The notes under the pieces were generated by a model. That model had not been told where the DNA came from. It searched no databases and saw only the letters and a program-made list of their open reading frames with translations. Position numbers and translations under genes: made by a program. From a virus (lineage: Duplodnaviria; Caudoviricetes), in the IMG/VR virus record IMGVR_UViG_3300005077_000001, positions 32,001 through 96,000 of that record: a DNA stretch of 64,000 nucleotides. One strand, 5' to 3'. This document shows positions 8,677-17,674 of this stretch, in pieces. Every line of letters begins with the position of its first letter. Positions within the stretch are counted from its first letter, which is position 1.

Positions 8677-8983
8677 TTCCTCTTCCTTTTTTCAGCATAT
8701 TTTTTATTGACCACAGCATTGTTTCTACTACTTTTCTTTCCATTGAAGTATAGTGGTGCCATTCTGTTCCAGGGATGTGCCAATGGTATCTTTTTAAACT
8801 ATCTTGTTTAATTAAATGTACTTGAACTCCTTCTATATTTAATTCATACATGGAAGATATAGGCTCAAAAACAACTGCTTCTTCTTCAAATACTGCATCA
8901 ATTAAATCAAACATTTCTTGGCTATAAGGGTATACTGTCTCTCTTTCCTTTTCCATTTTCATTCTCCGATTTCTGGATAGCAT
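8669..8983 (-). CDS. hypothetical protein
   Basis: Tiled ORF. Confidence 0.6.
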   Translation of the reverse strand: MLSRNRRMKMEKERETVYPYSQEMFDLIDAVFEEEAVVFEPISSMYELNIEGVQVHLIKQDSLKRYHWHIPGTEWHHYTSMERKVVETMLWSIKNMLKKGRGNA

Positions 8984-9236
8984 CTAAAATAGATGCATAG
9001 AATTTATAATAGAATTCTTTAGGTATTGTAGCATTATCTATAAAAACATCATTCATAAAAAACTCTGCTTTGTACTCACTTTTTAATTTATAAAATTTAA
9101 AAATACTTGAGTAATCAAAATCAACCCCATACCATTCTGGATTTTCTGGTATTCCCCCTTCATCTGCAATTAAATAAAACTTATTTGCATATTCCATTGT
9201 GTGCATGAGCATATTCACAAAATCTTGGTAAATCAT
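8922..9236 (-). CDS. hypothetical protein
   Basis: Tiled ORF, GAGGA RBS. Confidence 0.6.
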   Translation of the reverse strand: MIYQDFVNMLMHTMEYANKFYLIADEGGIPENPEWYGVDFDYSSIFKFYKLKSEYKAEFFMNDVFIDNATIPKEFYYKFYASILDAIQKSENENGKGKRDSIPL

Positions 9237-9760
9237 TAATCATCCTCTTTTAATTCAGAAATCATGTCTTCATATTGGTCTTTTCCTTGTAATTCCCAAT
9301 GTACGATTCTATGACAATTAGCACATAATAACTCACATTTTTTGAGTTCTAATCTTACTATATCCCAATCAGGATTTTGTAAAATTACAGAAATTTGATT
9401 TTCTTTATTATTTTCAATATGATGAAAGTCGTATACTGTTACAATATTACTAGATAAACCACATTTCTTACAAACTCCCCCCAATAACTTAATAGCAATG
9501 GTTTTATTTTTTATATAATCTAGTCTTCTTTTTTGATTAGAAGCATCTAAGCATATTCTGCATTTTGAAAACCCTTCCTCTGTTTTATTTTTTCCACAAA
9601 TAATACATATTCTTTTTTCTTTATTTGATTTTCTTCTTTTTATATTTTGCTTATTAGAACAATCTCTACACCAAGAATGATAACCTATATTTCCAATATG
9701 TCTTTTAGTAAAAGCCTCAATAGGTTTAACTTTTTTACATTTGGTACACTTCTTATTCAC
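9236..9760 (-). CDS. HNH endonuclease with N-terminal Zn-binding motifs
   Basis: CTKC..CRDC; YDFHH...ELKKCELLCANCHRIVH. Confidence 0.85.
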   Translation of the reverse strand: MNKKCTKCKKVKPIEAFTKRHIGNIGYHSWCRDCSNKQNIKRRKSNKEKRICIICGKNKTEEGFSKCRICLDASNQKRRLDYIKNKTIAIKLLGGVCKKCGLSSNIVTVYDFHHIENNKENQISVILQNPDWDIVRLELKKCELLCANCHRIVHWELQGKDQYEDMISELKEDD

Positions 9761-9780
9761 TGGTCAACCTCAGAAATAAT

Positions 9781-10131
9781 TTAGGCAACAGGCGACACTA
9801 TTGTAGTAGGCATTGCCGAAGAAGATTGAGGACAAGTAGTTACAGGTAGTTTTGGAATATTATTATACTGGTTTACCATGTTTTGCAATTGATTCTTCAT
9901 AGCATGAATCTGATTCTGAATTTGAATTACCATTTGTGTTTTTTGTAATTCTACTTGCTTCTCAATTTGGTCAATTTGACTTAACATCTGATTTGCTATT
10001 AAATGAACTTGGCTTGATATTTGAGTCGAAGTTTGGATAGCCACAGAATTATCTTTTGGTAACCCCGAAACAAAGGTATCAAAATCTGCCAATGCTTGAG
10101 TAATAATTGCTTTTGGGTCCGTATCTGACAT
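9781..10131 (-). CDS. Gln-rich coiled-coil protein
   Basis: 17 Gln in 116 aa with 3-4 spacing; GGAG RBS. Confidence 0.65.
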   Translation of the reverse strand: MSDTDPKAIITQALADFDTFVSGLPKDNSVAIQTSTQISSQVHLIANQMLSQIDQIEKQVELQKTQMVIQIQNQIHAMKNQLQNMVNQYNNIPKLPVTTCPQSSSAMPTTIVSPVA

Positions 10132-10223
10132 TTTATTAACTCCTTCAATTTTATTGTACTACAATATTAACTAAGGAAGTTATAAATATAGGTTATTAAA
10201 ATTTAAGGGAAAGGAGATTTTTT

Positions 10224-11036
10224 ATGCTTAACAGGTTATGTAATAATAAGTGGGATAGTATTGATAAAGACGATTTAATTATTTTTTTACAATTACCAAA
10301 TACAGGAGGATTAGCATATTGCCAAGCATTAAATTTAGTTTATGAAGATGGGTATTCTAGAACAGACGATAATGGTTTTATAACAGAGTATGGTAAAGAT
10401 GGTATGAAAGCAATTGCTGGGAATTTTAGTCTAGGAAATAAGTTTTATACGAGCCTTAAAACCCCTTTTAATCATATTACTTTAATTAGGGAGCCTATTA
10501 AAAGATTTGTGTCAATGTATTATTCAATAATCACTGATGCTAACCATCAGTATTATGATATTGTTAAAGATTTGCCAATTGAGCAATTATGCTTAGATGA
10601 TTCTTTACATTACATTTACAGAAATAGCTTATTAATGGGTACTTTGCCTTCTGTATCTTTCCATAGCAAACCTTGTGGAGCTTTACAAAGAGCAAAATTT
10701 AATATAAATAATTTCTTTACCTTCTTTGGCTTATCAGAAAATTTTGAAGAATTTATAGATATATCTATACATAATTTAGATTGGCCTAAGGATTTAGATT
10801 ATTCATCCTTAAATACTATTTATGAAGGCCCCGCGCTTGAAGAATTAAACCCAAAAGCAATTTCAATTATTAGTGAACATTTAAAAAGAGATAGGGAAAT
10901 CTACGAATATGCTAAAACAATTTACGATGAAAGAAAAGAAATCTTGCTACCGGAAAAACCCACTATCGTAGATATGGCTCCAAAAGCTACAATTTGGCAA
11001 AAAGTAAAAAAAGTTTTATTTTGGAAAATATTTTGA
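10224..11036 (+). CDS. sulfotransferase family 2-like protein (degenerate 5'-PSB loop)
   Basis: FLQLPNTGG (cf. FLHIPKTGG); ITLIREPIKRFVSMYY; FTFFGLSENFEE. Confidence 0.75.
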   Translation: MLNRLCNNKWDSIDKDDLIIFLQLPNTGGLAYCQALNLVYEDGYSRTDDNGFITEYGKDGMKAIAGNFSLGNKFYTSLKTPFNHITLIREPIKRFVSMYYSIITDANHQYYDIVKDLPIEQLCLDDSLHYIYRNSLLMGTLPSVSFHSKPCGALQRAKFNINNFFTFFGLSENFEEFIDISIHNLDWPKDLDYSSLNTIYEGPALEELNPKAISIISEHLKRDREIYEYAKTIYDERKEILLPEKPTIVDMAPKATIWQKVKKVLFWKIF

Positions 11037-11136
11037 AACATTTTCTAAAGTCAAGTGTCTCTTCTAATGTTAGGTCTTCGACCTGCATATACTAAACTAT
11101 GCTTAACCCAAAGAGGTTAACGCAACGGAGGAAAAA

Positions 11137-11661
11137 ATGAATAGAAGATCTGTGGATTTATATCCTGCTTTGTACAAGAATGAACTGTATGCTCCAATGA
11201 ATTCTTGGTTTGACCAAATGATGACTAGTTTCTTTCCAGAATTAAAGCCGTTTGATTTCAATACAATTAAATCTAGAGCATATCCTAAAGTAGATATAAG
11301 AAAACAAGATAAAGATATAATTGTAGAGGCATCTGTTCCTTTCCTAAAAAAAGAAAATTTGGATATTTCTTTAGATAGGAATATATTAATAATATCCGGG
11401 AAAATAGAAAGAAAGACAGAAGAAGAAAAACAAAACTATTATCATAGTGAGCTAACAAAATCTTCTTTTTCTCGTTCATTACCGATAGATATTGATTTAT
11501 TTGATAAGTGGGTTGATAAAGTTAAGAACCCAATAGATAATATAGATGCTTATTTAAAAGACGGAGTACTCACGATTTATTTGAAAGATATATTATCTTC
11601 CTGTTTGGAAGAGAAATCTCCTGTTTGCAGTAGTATCCCAATTAAAGAAATTGAGGAATAG
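11137..11661 (+). CDS. small heat-shock protein (Hsp20/alpha-crystallin)
   Basis: YPKVDI...EASVP...LIISG...SELTKSSFSRSL...AYLKDGVLTI. Confidence 0.9.
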   Translation: MNRRSVDLYPALYKNELYAPMNSWFDQMMTSFFPELKPFDFNTIKSRAYPKVDIRKQDKDIIVEASVPFLKKENLDISLDRNILIISGKIERKTEEEKQNYYHSELTKSSFSRSLPIDIDLFDKWVDKVKNPIDNIDAYLKDGVLTIYLKDILSSCLEEKSPVCSSIPIKEIEE

Positions 11662-11691
11662 AAAGAAGGGGCTTTACGCCCCTTCATTTTC
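11662..11691. terminator. bidirectional intrinsic terminator
   Basis: GAAGGGGC-TTTAC-GCCCCTTC flanked by A- and T-runs between convergent genes. Confidence 0.85.
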
Positions 11692-11757
11692 TCATGACTT
11701 CATATACAGCCATCACCATTAAAAACGAAATGACTAAAGATACATATAGCAATATTG

Positions 11758-12039
11758 TCATCGATTCTCAATTAGGTTTCTAATTTTAGTAATCATTTCC
11801 TGCTGCATTTCACTCAGACTAGCTTCCAAATCCTTTTGGTCTGCAGTAAGGTCTTCCACTTTAATCCCTAGTTTTGTGTATTTATCTAAAGATTTTTCTA
11901 AGTCTGACCTGACTTCGGATAATTTAGACATAATCCTACCCATTGCTTCATAATAACTTACAAGTGTTTGTTCAAATGCTTTGTAATCTATTGCCATGTT
12001 TTCTCTACTTGCAACCTCCTTTGCCACCTTTACCACCAC
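11758..12039 (-). CDS. coiled-coil hypothetical protein
   Basis: Heptad-like helical ORF. Confidence 0.6.
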   Translation of the reverse strand: MVVKVAKEVASRENMAIDYKAFEQTLVSYYEAMGRIMSKLSEVRSDLEKSLDKYTKLGIKVEDLTADQKDLEASLSEMQQEMITKIRNLIENR

Positions 12040-12066
12040 CTTTCTTATTAAAGATTGTCATTGTAA

Positions 12067-12615
12067 TCACCTCCCTTTTAATATTTCATCTAAAGTTACT
12101 AAACTATGAACATTTTCTAATGAATGGTCTTGTCTATCCACAATAGTCACAACATCAAATCTGTACGGTTTAGACTCATATACTGGTTGTATTAAATCTA
12201 TAGTTTCATTAACTGATGTTCCACTAGTTATCACATCATCTATAAGTATAATATGACCAGTTAAATCTCCTTCAATTTTATTACTAATTCCATGAGTTTT
12301 TTCTTTTTGTCTAATAACAGAAAAAGGTAATACTGAATTATATGCTACAACTGCTGCCAATGAAACTCCCATCGTAGGTATTCCTATAATTGTGGGTAAA
12401 TTTTTATAATTAGATATATCATAGCCCCTTGCTAAATTTACCACAATGTTGGATAGCCCTGCTATAACCATACTAAATAAACCCATACAATGCCCTATGC
12501 CTCGTAAATTAATATATACATCTGATGATTTTCCACTTTTCAATACAATTCCTTCTGGTTTGTTTAAGACTATATTATAATCATACAATGCCTGTATTAA
12601 AATATCTTTTTCCAT
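12067..12615 (-). CDS. pyrE: orotate phosphoribosyltransferase
   Basis: LKSGKSSDVYINLR; RQKEKTHG; PRPP loop ILIDDVITSGTSV. Confidence 0.85.
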   Translation of the reverse strand: MEKDILIQALYDYNIVLNKPEGIVLKSGKSSDVYINLRGIGHCMGLFSMVIAGLSNIVVNLARGYDISNYKNLPTIIGIPTMGVSLAAVVAYNSVLPFSVIRQKEKTHGISNKIEGDLTGHIILIDDVITSGTSVNETIDLIQPVYESKPYRFDVVTIVDRQDHSLENVHSLVTLDEILKGR

Positions 12616-13268
12616 TATCTCCTCTCCGTTAAAATGTACATAAGTTTTTTTAATCCTGCTCCTACTTCTACTGTTTTTACGAAAGATTTAAATCTGTAGT
12701 GAATAGGTTTACTAACCATGAAAGGTACTGGGTCATATAATCTTTTTTTAATTATTAATTCAAAATGTAAATGTGGACCTGTGCTTTTACCAGAATTACC
12801 TACTGTGCCTATCATTTGTCCTTGCTCCACATTCTGTCCTTTTTTTACAAATACTTTATTCATATGAGCATAGTAAGTAAAAATGTCTCCGCCGTGGGAT
12901 AATAACACTGCATTACCATACCCAGACAGAAATTTGTGCCGCCCAGCGGCGGAAACGGTTCCGTCAGCGGCGGCTATGATGTAAGAATCAAAAGATGCTG
13001 CAATATCAACTCCTCTATGAAAGCCACCTTTTCTATATCCAAATGGTGAGCTAACTTCTCTACCACCTAAAGGATTCCATAAAACAAACTTTGTACTGTT
13101 CTCTTCTTTAAGCTTAGGTTTTGGTTTTTTGATATCAATAGATTCTTTTATTATCTTTTCTTTTTTTATTACTGGTGCTTTTATTGTACTTTTCTTAATA
13201 GTTTGAGTGTTATTTGCACACCCGCTTAATAGGATTAGCAGTATAATCAGAACTTTCCTCATGTTCAA
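12615..13268 (-). CDS. lipoprotein M23-family peptidase
   Basis: Lipobox LLSGC; HRGVDI; YAHM; STGPHLHFE. Confidence 0.9.
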   Translation of the reverse strand: MNMRKVLIILLILLSGCANNTQTIKKSTIKAPVIKKEKIIKESIDIKKPKPKLKEENSTKFVLWNPLGGREVSSPFGYRKGGFHRGVDIAASFDSYIIAAADGTVSAAGRHKFLSGYGNAVLLSHGGDIFTYYAHMNKVFVKKGQNVEQGQMIGTVGNSGKSTGPHLHFELIIKKRLYDPVPFMVSKPIHYRFKSFVKTVEVGAGLKKLMYILTERR

Positions 13269-13816
13269 TCCAAGCCAAGTGATTTAGTAACCTCAAAGTT
13301 CAAAGATTCTATTTGGTACAGAGGGTCGTCAATAATAATTTCCTTTTCCTTGTTATACTGTACTAATATTTTATTATCAGATAGAAGAACAAACCACTCA
13401 CCTAATTTTGTAGAATAATCTCCCGATACTTCTCTAGTCCATTCTATTTTTTTCTGTTTTGTATCATTAATCATCTGAGGGATTAAGGTAACCCACCGAT
13501 GACTAATCACATTACTTTCAAATGCATTCCAAGTTCTTTGTGTTAATAAGGCTTGTCTTATATAATGAATAGCTTTTTGTATACCTTCTGTATCTTTTGT
13601 TGTTTTTACTTCTACTTTGTAATCTGTGTCTAATGTAATACTCCAGAAAGGAGAAACATAAGTCCAGTCGGTAAATACGCTTAACTTATTATATAGATAA
13701 ATCCATAAAATGCTTGTCTCATGATAATCCTCTCTTATAGTAACATTTTCTTCTCCAAAAGACTCCTCAAACAATATTTTGATATTTTCTTTTATATCAA
13801 ATTGTTGAGCTAGCAT
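13265..13816 (-). CDS. hypothetical protein (C-terminal LIxxTxxxKIxW-type domain)
   Basis: MINDTKQKKIEW...YSTKLGEWFVLL. Confidence 0.6.
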   Translation of the reverse strand: MLAQQFDIKENIKILFEESFGEENVTIREDYHETSILWIYLYNKLSVFTDWTYVSPFWSITLDTDYKVEVKTTKDTEGIQKAIHYIRQALLTQRTWNAFESNVISHRWVTLIPQMINDTKQKKIEWTREVSGDYSTKLGEWFVLLSDNKILVQYNKEKEIIIDDPLYQIESLNFEVTKSLGLD

Positions 13817-14189
13817 TTATTTTATTTATCCTTTCTATGTCTTCTGCTAGTGTTATATACATAGATTCATAGATATTAGATTTATACTGTAATTCTAATA
13901 AGTCTCTTAATGCATCCAATTGTACATTATTTTCTTTTAATTCAAAAGATTCATTATTAAGATTATTTATGATTTTAAAATGGGTGGGCCATAAATTAAT
14001 ATTATAAACTCCCCAATCAGCGGTGTAATATTCTCCAGCTTTTTTCCATTGGATTGCATTATAATAGGTCATGTCCGTTAATTTTACAATAAATACTGTG
14101 CTAAGAACATCTATTATTTCTTTATCTACTTTTTCATTAGGTTTAAGCCCCCAGTCCCTATCTGAGGGCTTTTTAAATGCTAAGCTCAT
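13797..14189 (-). CDS. hypothetical protein (paralog family)
   Basis: FIVKLTDMTYYNAIQW...YTADWGVYNINL. Confidence 0.65.
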   Translation of the reverse strand: MSLAFKKPSDRDWGLKPNEKVDKEIIDVLSTVFIVKLTDMTYYNAIQWKKAGEYYTADWGVYNINLWPTHFKIINNLNNESFELKENNVQLDALRDLLELQYKSNIYESMYITLAEDIERINKINASSTI

Positions 14190-14202
14190 ATATTCTTTTT
14201 GT

Positions 14203-14460
14203 TTAGACAGGTGGCACCTCGTTTATTTTTAATAGAGAAATAGCTTGTTTGTAATCAAATAATAATGCATTAATCAATGTTAACTTAGTCAACATTATAT
14301 CTTTCAGCTCATCCTTTTCCTCATTCATAGTTTCTGGCGCATTTACGTCAGTAATTATGATTGAACTATGCAAAAAAACTACATCAAAAATTGAATTATA
14401 TAATTCCCTCACAATTTCATTTGACCTGTCTATCAGCAAATCTCTATATTCTTTTTCCAT
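14203..14460 (-). CDS. hypothetical protein
   Basis: Tiled ORF. Confidence 0.6.
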   Translation of the reverse strand: MEKEYRDLLIDRSNEIVRELYNSIFDVVFLHSSIIITDVNAPETMNEEKDELKDIMLTKLTLINALLFDYKQAISLLKINEVPPV

Positions 14461-14804
14461 CAGTTAACCTCGTCTTCCAAGTCTAATAAGATATCTAATG
14501 CTATTTCAAAATCTTTATAGTCTGGAGGAGTAATCCACCCTAATAGTTTTGAAATCAGAGAATGCTCCTTATAAACAACGCTCCCTAAACAATCGTAAGT
14601 ATCTGCATCAGCTAAATGTAAGTAATATTGCGTTTGTTGTTGGTCATCTATCTCTTCTACAATTTCAATATTATACCCTCCAAGTGTTGTCTCATAAACT
14701 AAGTTGTTCTCGTCTATGCAAGTAACCCACGTTATCCAATTTTTACGAGTTAGCTCTATTAGTCTTTTTATTAGTTCATCAACCTTGTTATCAAACGAGT
14801 ACAT
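14460..14804 (-). CDS. hypothetical protein (paralog family)
   Basis: LIKRLIELTRKNWITW...YETTLGGYNIEI; CGGAGG RBS. Confidence 0.7.
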   Translation of the reverse strand: MYSFDNKVDELIKRLIELTRKNWITWVTCIDENNLVYETTLGGYNIEIVEEIDDQQQTQYYLHLADADTYDCLGSVVYKEHSLISKLLGWITPPDYKDFEIALDILLDLEDEVN

Positions 14805-14882
14805 AATAAACCTCCGTTTAAAAGATTTCTCTTTTTACAATAAAGATTTGAACAGCATTACCTCCTTTTTATATTTTTAGTA

Positions 14883-15227
14883 TTATAAACCCCACTTCAT
14901 TTTTTTATCTTTGTCATCTTTTGGGGTAAACAGGCTTGGTATCTTATCAGATGAATTTATTTTTTTAGTAGTATTCTTTTTTATTACAGACATTTTATTC
15001 ATTATATCTCTATGCTGAATTGCCATTTCTTTTTTCATCTGAAGTAGGTTATCATTCATTATTTTTGAAATTCCACTAAGAGAATCAAATTCCGCTTTTT
15101 GTTCTGTGTGTATAGCCTCTAATTTATTATTAACTCTAGTAAAATCTTTATTATGAGAACACCCATTAACACTCAACAGAACTCCACATACAAGAATAAA
15201 TACCATAATAAGTTTACTAATACTCAT
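14883..15227 (-). CDS. putative lipoprotein
   Basis: Hydrophobic signal ending in VNGC, then coiled coil. Confidence 0.6.
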   Translation of the reverse strand: MSISKLIMVFILVCGVLLSVNGCSHNKDFTRVNNKLEAIHTEQKAEFDSLSGISKIMNDNLLQMKKEMAIQHRDIMNKMSVIKKNTTKKINSSDKIPSLFTPKDDKDKKMKWGL

Positions 15228-15621
15228 CTGTTTCTCCTTGGTAAGGATTAATTCTGAAGTCCATTAACATTGAGGTGCTTTTCTCTGGAAAATCTATTAA
15301 TCCTTTGGCTTTTTTTATTATCGCATTGTCAAGAGACAATAATAATTCCACAATTGGAATTAGTTCATTTATTGGTATGATTTTTTCTAGGATGGTATTC
15401 ACTTCATCTTCCATATCTTCTTCCGTCTTAACTTGGAACAAAACCCATACATACCTATTATTAGTAACAAAAATAGATAATTCTGAACAATTTCCGTTAT
15501 ACAAAAGTTTTATATAGCTATTACTATAGTTTTGCTGTTTAGATACTGGCTGTATTTTAAAATGATAGTAAAGTAAATCTTGTATAGTTACAGAAATATA
15601 ATTTAAATCAGTCCAGCTCAT
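15217..15621 (-). CDS. hypothetical protein
   Basis: Tiled ORF. Confidence 0.6.
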   Translation of the reverse strand: MSWTDLNYISVTIQDLLYYHFKIQPVSKQQNYSNSYIKLLYNGNCSELSIFVTNNRYVWVLFQVKTEEDMEDEVNTILEKIIPINELIPIVELLLSLDNAIIKKAKGLIDFPEKSTSMLMDFRINPYQGETDEY

Positions 15622-15769
15622 AATATGCTTCTTCTACCTCTCCCCAACTTCTACCGCAAGACTCACAATAATAAGTAAATATTAATCCATCCTTATCACT
15701 ATCAAATTCTGCACTAATATCATTAGAACCACAAGTTGGGCAGTATTCATCATCCATCAGAGTATCCTC

Positions 15770-15955
15770 CTACCACAAGTTATTAAATCTAAAACTAGTT
15801 TCAAGGTTAGTTTTAGACTCTAATTTTTCTATGACTACTTTAGGTTTTTCGATAGTAGTGGCGTACTTAGTATAAAATTTATTCCCAAAAAACCCTCCAA
15901 TAAAGAAAAGAGCATTCAGTAATATTAAAAAAGTCCATGCCGTACGTTTACTCAT
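15770..15955 (-). CDS. small membrane-anchored protein
   Basis: N-terminal TM segment; AGGAG RBS. Confidence 0.6.
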   Translation of the reverse strand: MSKRTAWTFLILLNALFFIGGFFGNKFYTKYATTIEKPKVVIEKLESKTNLETSFRFNNLW

Positions 15956-15966
15956 TCTTTTTCTCC

Positions 15967-16158
15967 TTATATATTATATATTATTTGTAGAAAGGAAGTT
16001 TTTTTACAACCCTCACAGGTTATAAAATATCCGTAAGCAGTATTATCAAACATGTTTTTAAAATAAGGAGCATAATTAGTTGTCAGTGCGTTGCACCTCG
16101 GGCATACGAAGTGTTCTTCTGCCTCTTGTATTTTATTTAAGTCCACCATTTTAATCAC
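15967..16158 (-). CDS. zinc-ribbon protein
   Basis: CPRC...CEGC; GGAGG RBS below promoter-like motif. Confidence 0.65.
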   Translation of the reverse strand: MIKMVDLNKIQEAEEHFVCPRCNALTTNYAPYFKNMFDNTAYGYFITCEGCKKTSFLQIIYNI

Positions 16159-16172
16159 CTCCCTTTATATAT

Positions 16173-16196
16173 ATAAGTACTAAGGAAAAATATTTT
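16173..16196 (-). promoter_or_regulatory. conserved promoter-like motif (copy 2)
   Basis: ATAAGTACTAAGGAAAAATATTTT identical to 8305-8328. Confidence 0.7.
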
Positions 16197-16296
16197 GCAT
16201 CTTTAAAAAAAGTTTAAATTTTTTTTCATTAATAATTTAAATAACTAAAGTCATTTTTAGTCATTTAATCCTATCGTTAAGTCAGTATAAAAAAAA

Positions 16297-16323
16297 TTTC
16301 CTTAGTACTTATTATTATAGAGG
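16297..16323 (+). promoter_or_regulatory. conserved promoter-like motif (copy 3, divergent)
   Basis: TTTCCTTAGTACTTATTATTATAGAGG = reverse complement of 8294-8320. Confidence 0.7.
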
Positions 16324-16344
16324 CGTTGGGGTCCATTTACTTAA

Positions 16345-16358
16345 GTCTTAGCTAAGAC
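16345..16358. promoter_or_regulatory. perfect 14-bp palindrome, operator-like
   Basis: GTCTTAGCTAAGAC between motif copy 3 and the ATG at 16381. Confidence 0.4.
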
Positions 16359-16380
16359 AAAGAGCACGGGGTTAAGAGAT

Positions 16381-16725
16381 ATGCTTTTACATAATCTTAA
16401 GGAAGATTACAGAAACCTTAATAAAGTATTAAATAAGACAAGAAGAAAATATGATAAAGCAACTCCACTTGAAAAGAAAAGACTTAATAAAAAAATAACT
16501 TCTTTAATTAATAAAATTTCTAAAGTAAGAAAAAAAATAAATGAACTTCAACCAAATAATACAATAGCTAATTATCCTATTATGAAAGACCCTTTAAAAC
16601 TAAAACCAGCAGGAAGCGATAGGGTTCTCCCAGATGGTTCCATACTAGAATTAAACAAAATACTTGATAAACTTAAGTATCTTACTGATAGTAGTATACT
16701 TCCAACTTCAAGTGGTATTTTATAA
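16381..16725 (+). CDS. Lys-rich coiled-coil hypothetical protein
   Basis: First plus-strand ORF after the strand switch. Confidence 0.65.
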   Translation: MLLHNLKEDYRNLNKVLNKTRRKYDKATPLEKKRLNKKITSLINKISKVRKKINELQPNNTIANYPIMKDPLKLKPAGSDRVLPDGSILELNKILDKLKYLTDSSILPTSSGIL

Positions 16726-17640
16726 ATGTTATTATTGTTATGGAATAATAGATATATAGTTACAGGTCAAATAAATAATTTACGTTGGTATGACCCTATT
16801 ATTACTGCTCCACGAATATTAGTTGCAACAACTGGTGGGTTTGATATAATATGTCCTTTCTTTGCTAGATGTAATTCTTGCTATAAATCATTAAATATAA
16901 ATTGTAATTGTATTGATTTTTATGATAATAAAATTTTAATTGGAACAACTTCGTCTGGTTTGCTGTCTATAGATTGGGACATAATTAGTAATTATGGTGT
17001 ATGTAGTGCTGCTCCAGTTCAAGAATCTGTTTCAGTAGTTGATGGGATTACTGGAACTGATGTTTTATATTTATGTACCCAGTCAGATAAGCTTGGCATT
17101 ATTACAGATGTTGGTTTTGAATATTTAAACTCGCTAGATACTTTTGTTCTAGTACCTTCTTCTAATTACTCGTGTGGTTTTATTACTTCAGGTCAAAATC
17201 TAAATAGTAGAACTTATGTATGTGAAGATGATAAATTAAACATTTATAATGGTAATCTTCCTAATGTATGGTCCGGATGGCCTTACACTTTAAGTGGTTT
17301 TGGTTTAAATAATTTAACTCATATATGGGTTGAAGAGCACTCCTGTTATGATATTGTTTTTCTTGGAGGAGAACAAGGAACAGGTATAATAAAAATACCA
17401 CAAGAAGTGTACGATTATGAATATAGAAATATGACTGATGGGTTGGTTGGTTCAACTAAAGTTAAATCAATGTGCACTGAGTATGGAGCAGATATTAATT
17501 ATGGGCATTATTTTGTTTTGACTGAAGATAAGCTAAATTATATGAATATGCAATCAGACGGTTATCCTACTCCTTCTGGATGTTATGGAAATGATGAACT
17601 AGCACAATTTATTGAATTTGCTCGGCCAGGGCATAAATAA
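16726..17640 (+). CDS. beta-rich (propeller-like) hypothetical protein, possibly virion-associated
   Basis: Alternating short beta-strand pattern; 5 SG motifs. Confidence 0.6.
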   Translation: MLLLLWNNRYIVTGQINNLRWYDPIITAPRILVATTGGFDIICPFFARCNSCYKSLNINCNCIDFYDNKILIGTTSSGLLSIDWDIISNYGVCSAAPVQESVSVVDGITGTDVLYLCTQSDKLGIITDVGFEYLNSLDTFVLVPSSNYSCGFITSGQNLNSRTYVCEDDKLNIYNGNLPNVWSGWPYTLSGFGLNNLTHIWVEEHSCYDIVFLGGEQGTGIIKIPQEVYDYEYRNMTDGLVGSTKVKSMCTEYGADINYGHYFVLTEDKLNYMNMQSDGYPTPSGCYGNDELAQFIEFARPGHK

Positions 17641-17674
17641 ATAATTAACTAACTATAAGAAAGTAGGAGAAAAA

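Noticed and set aside
9781-10131. R-body (Reb) protein
   Set aside because: Gln-rich but lacks Reb motifs and is single-copy
11030-11136. CIRCE or sigma32 heat-shock promoter upstream of Hsp20
   Set aside because: No TTAGCACTC-N9-GAGTGCTAA; TTGAAA is present but no CCCCAT-like -10 at proper spacing
14835-14862. 7-codon minus-strand mini-ORF (MLFKSLL) with AGGAGG RBS, in frame with the 14460-14804 gene
   Set aside because: Too short to support; the downstream gene has its own RBS, so readthrough is unnecessary
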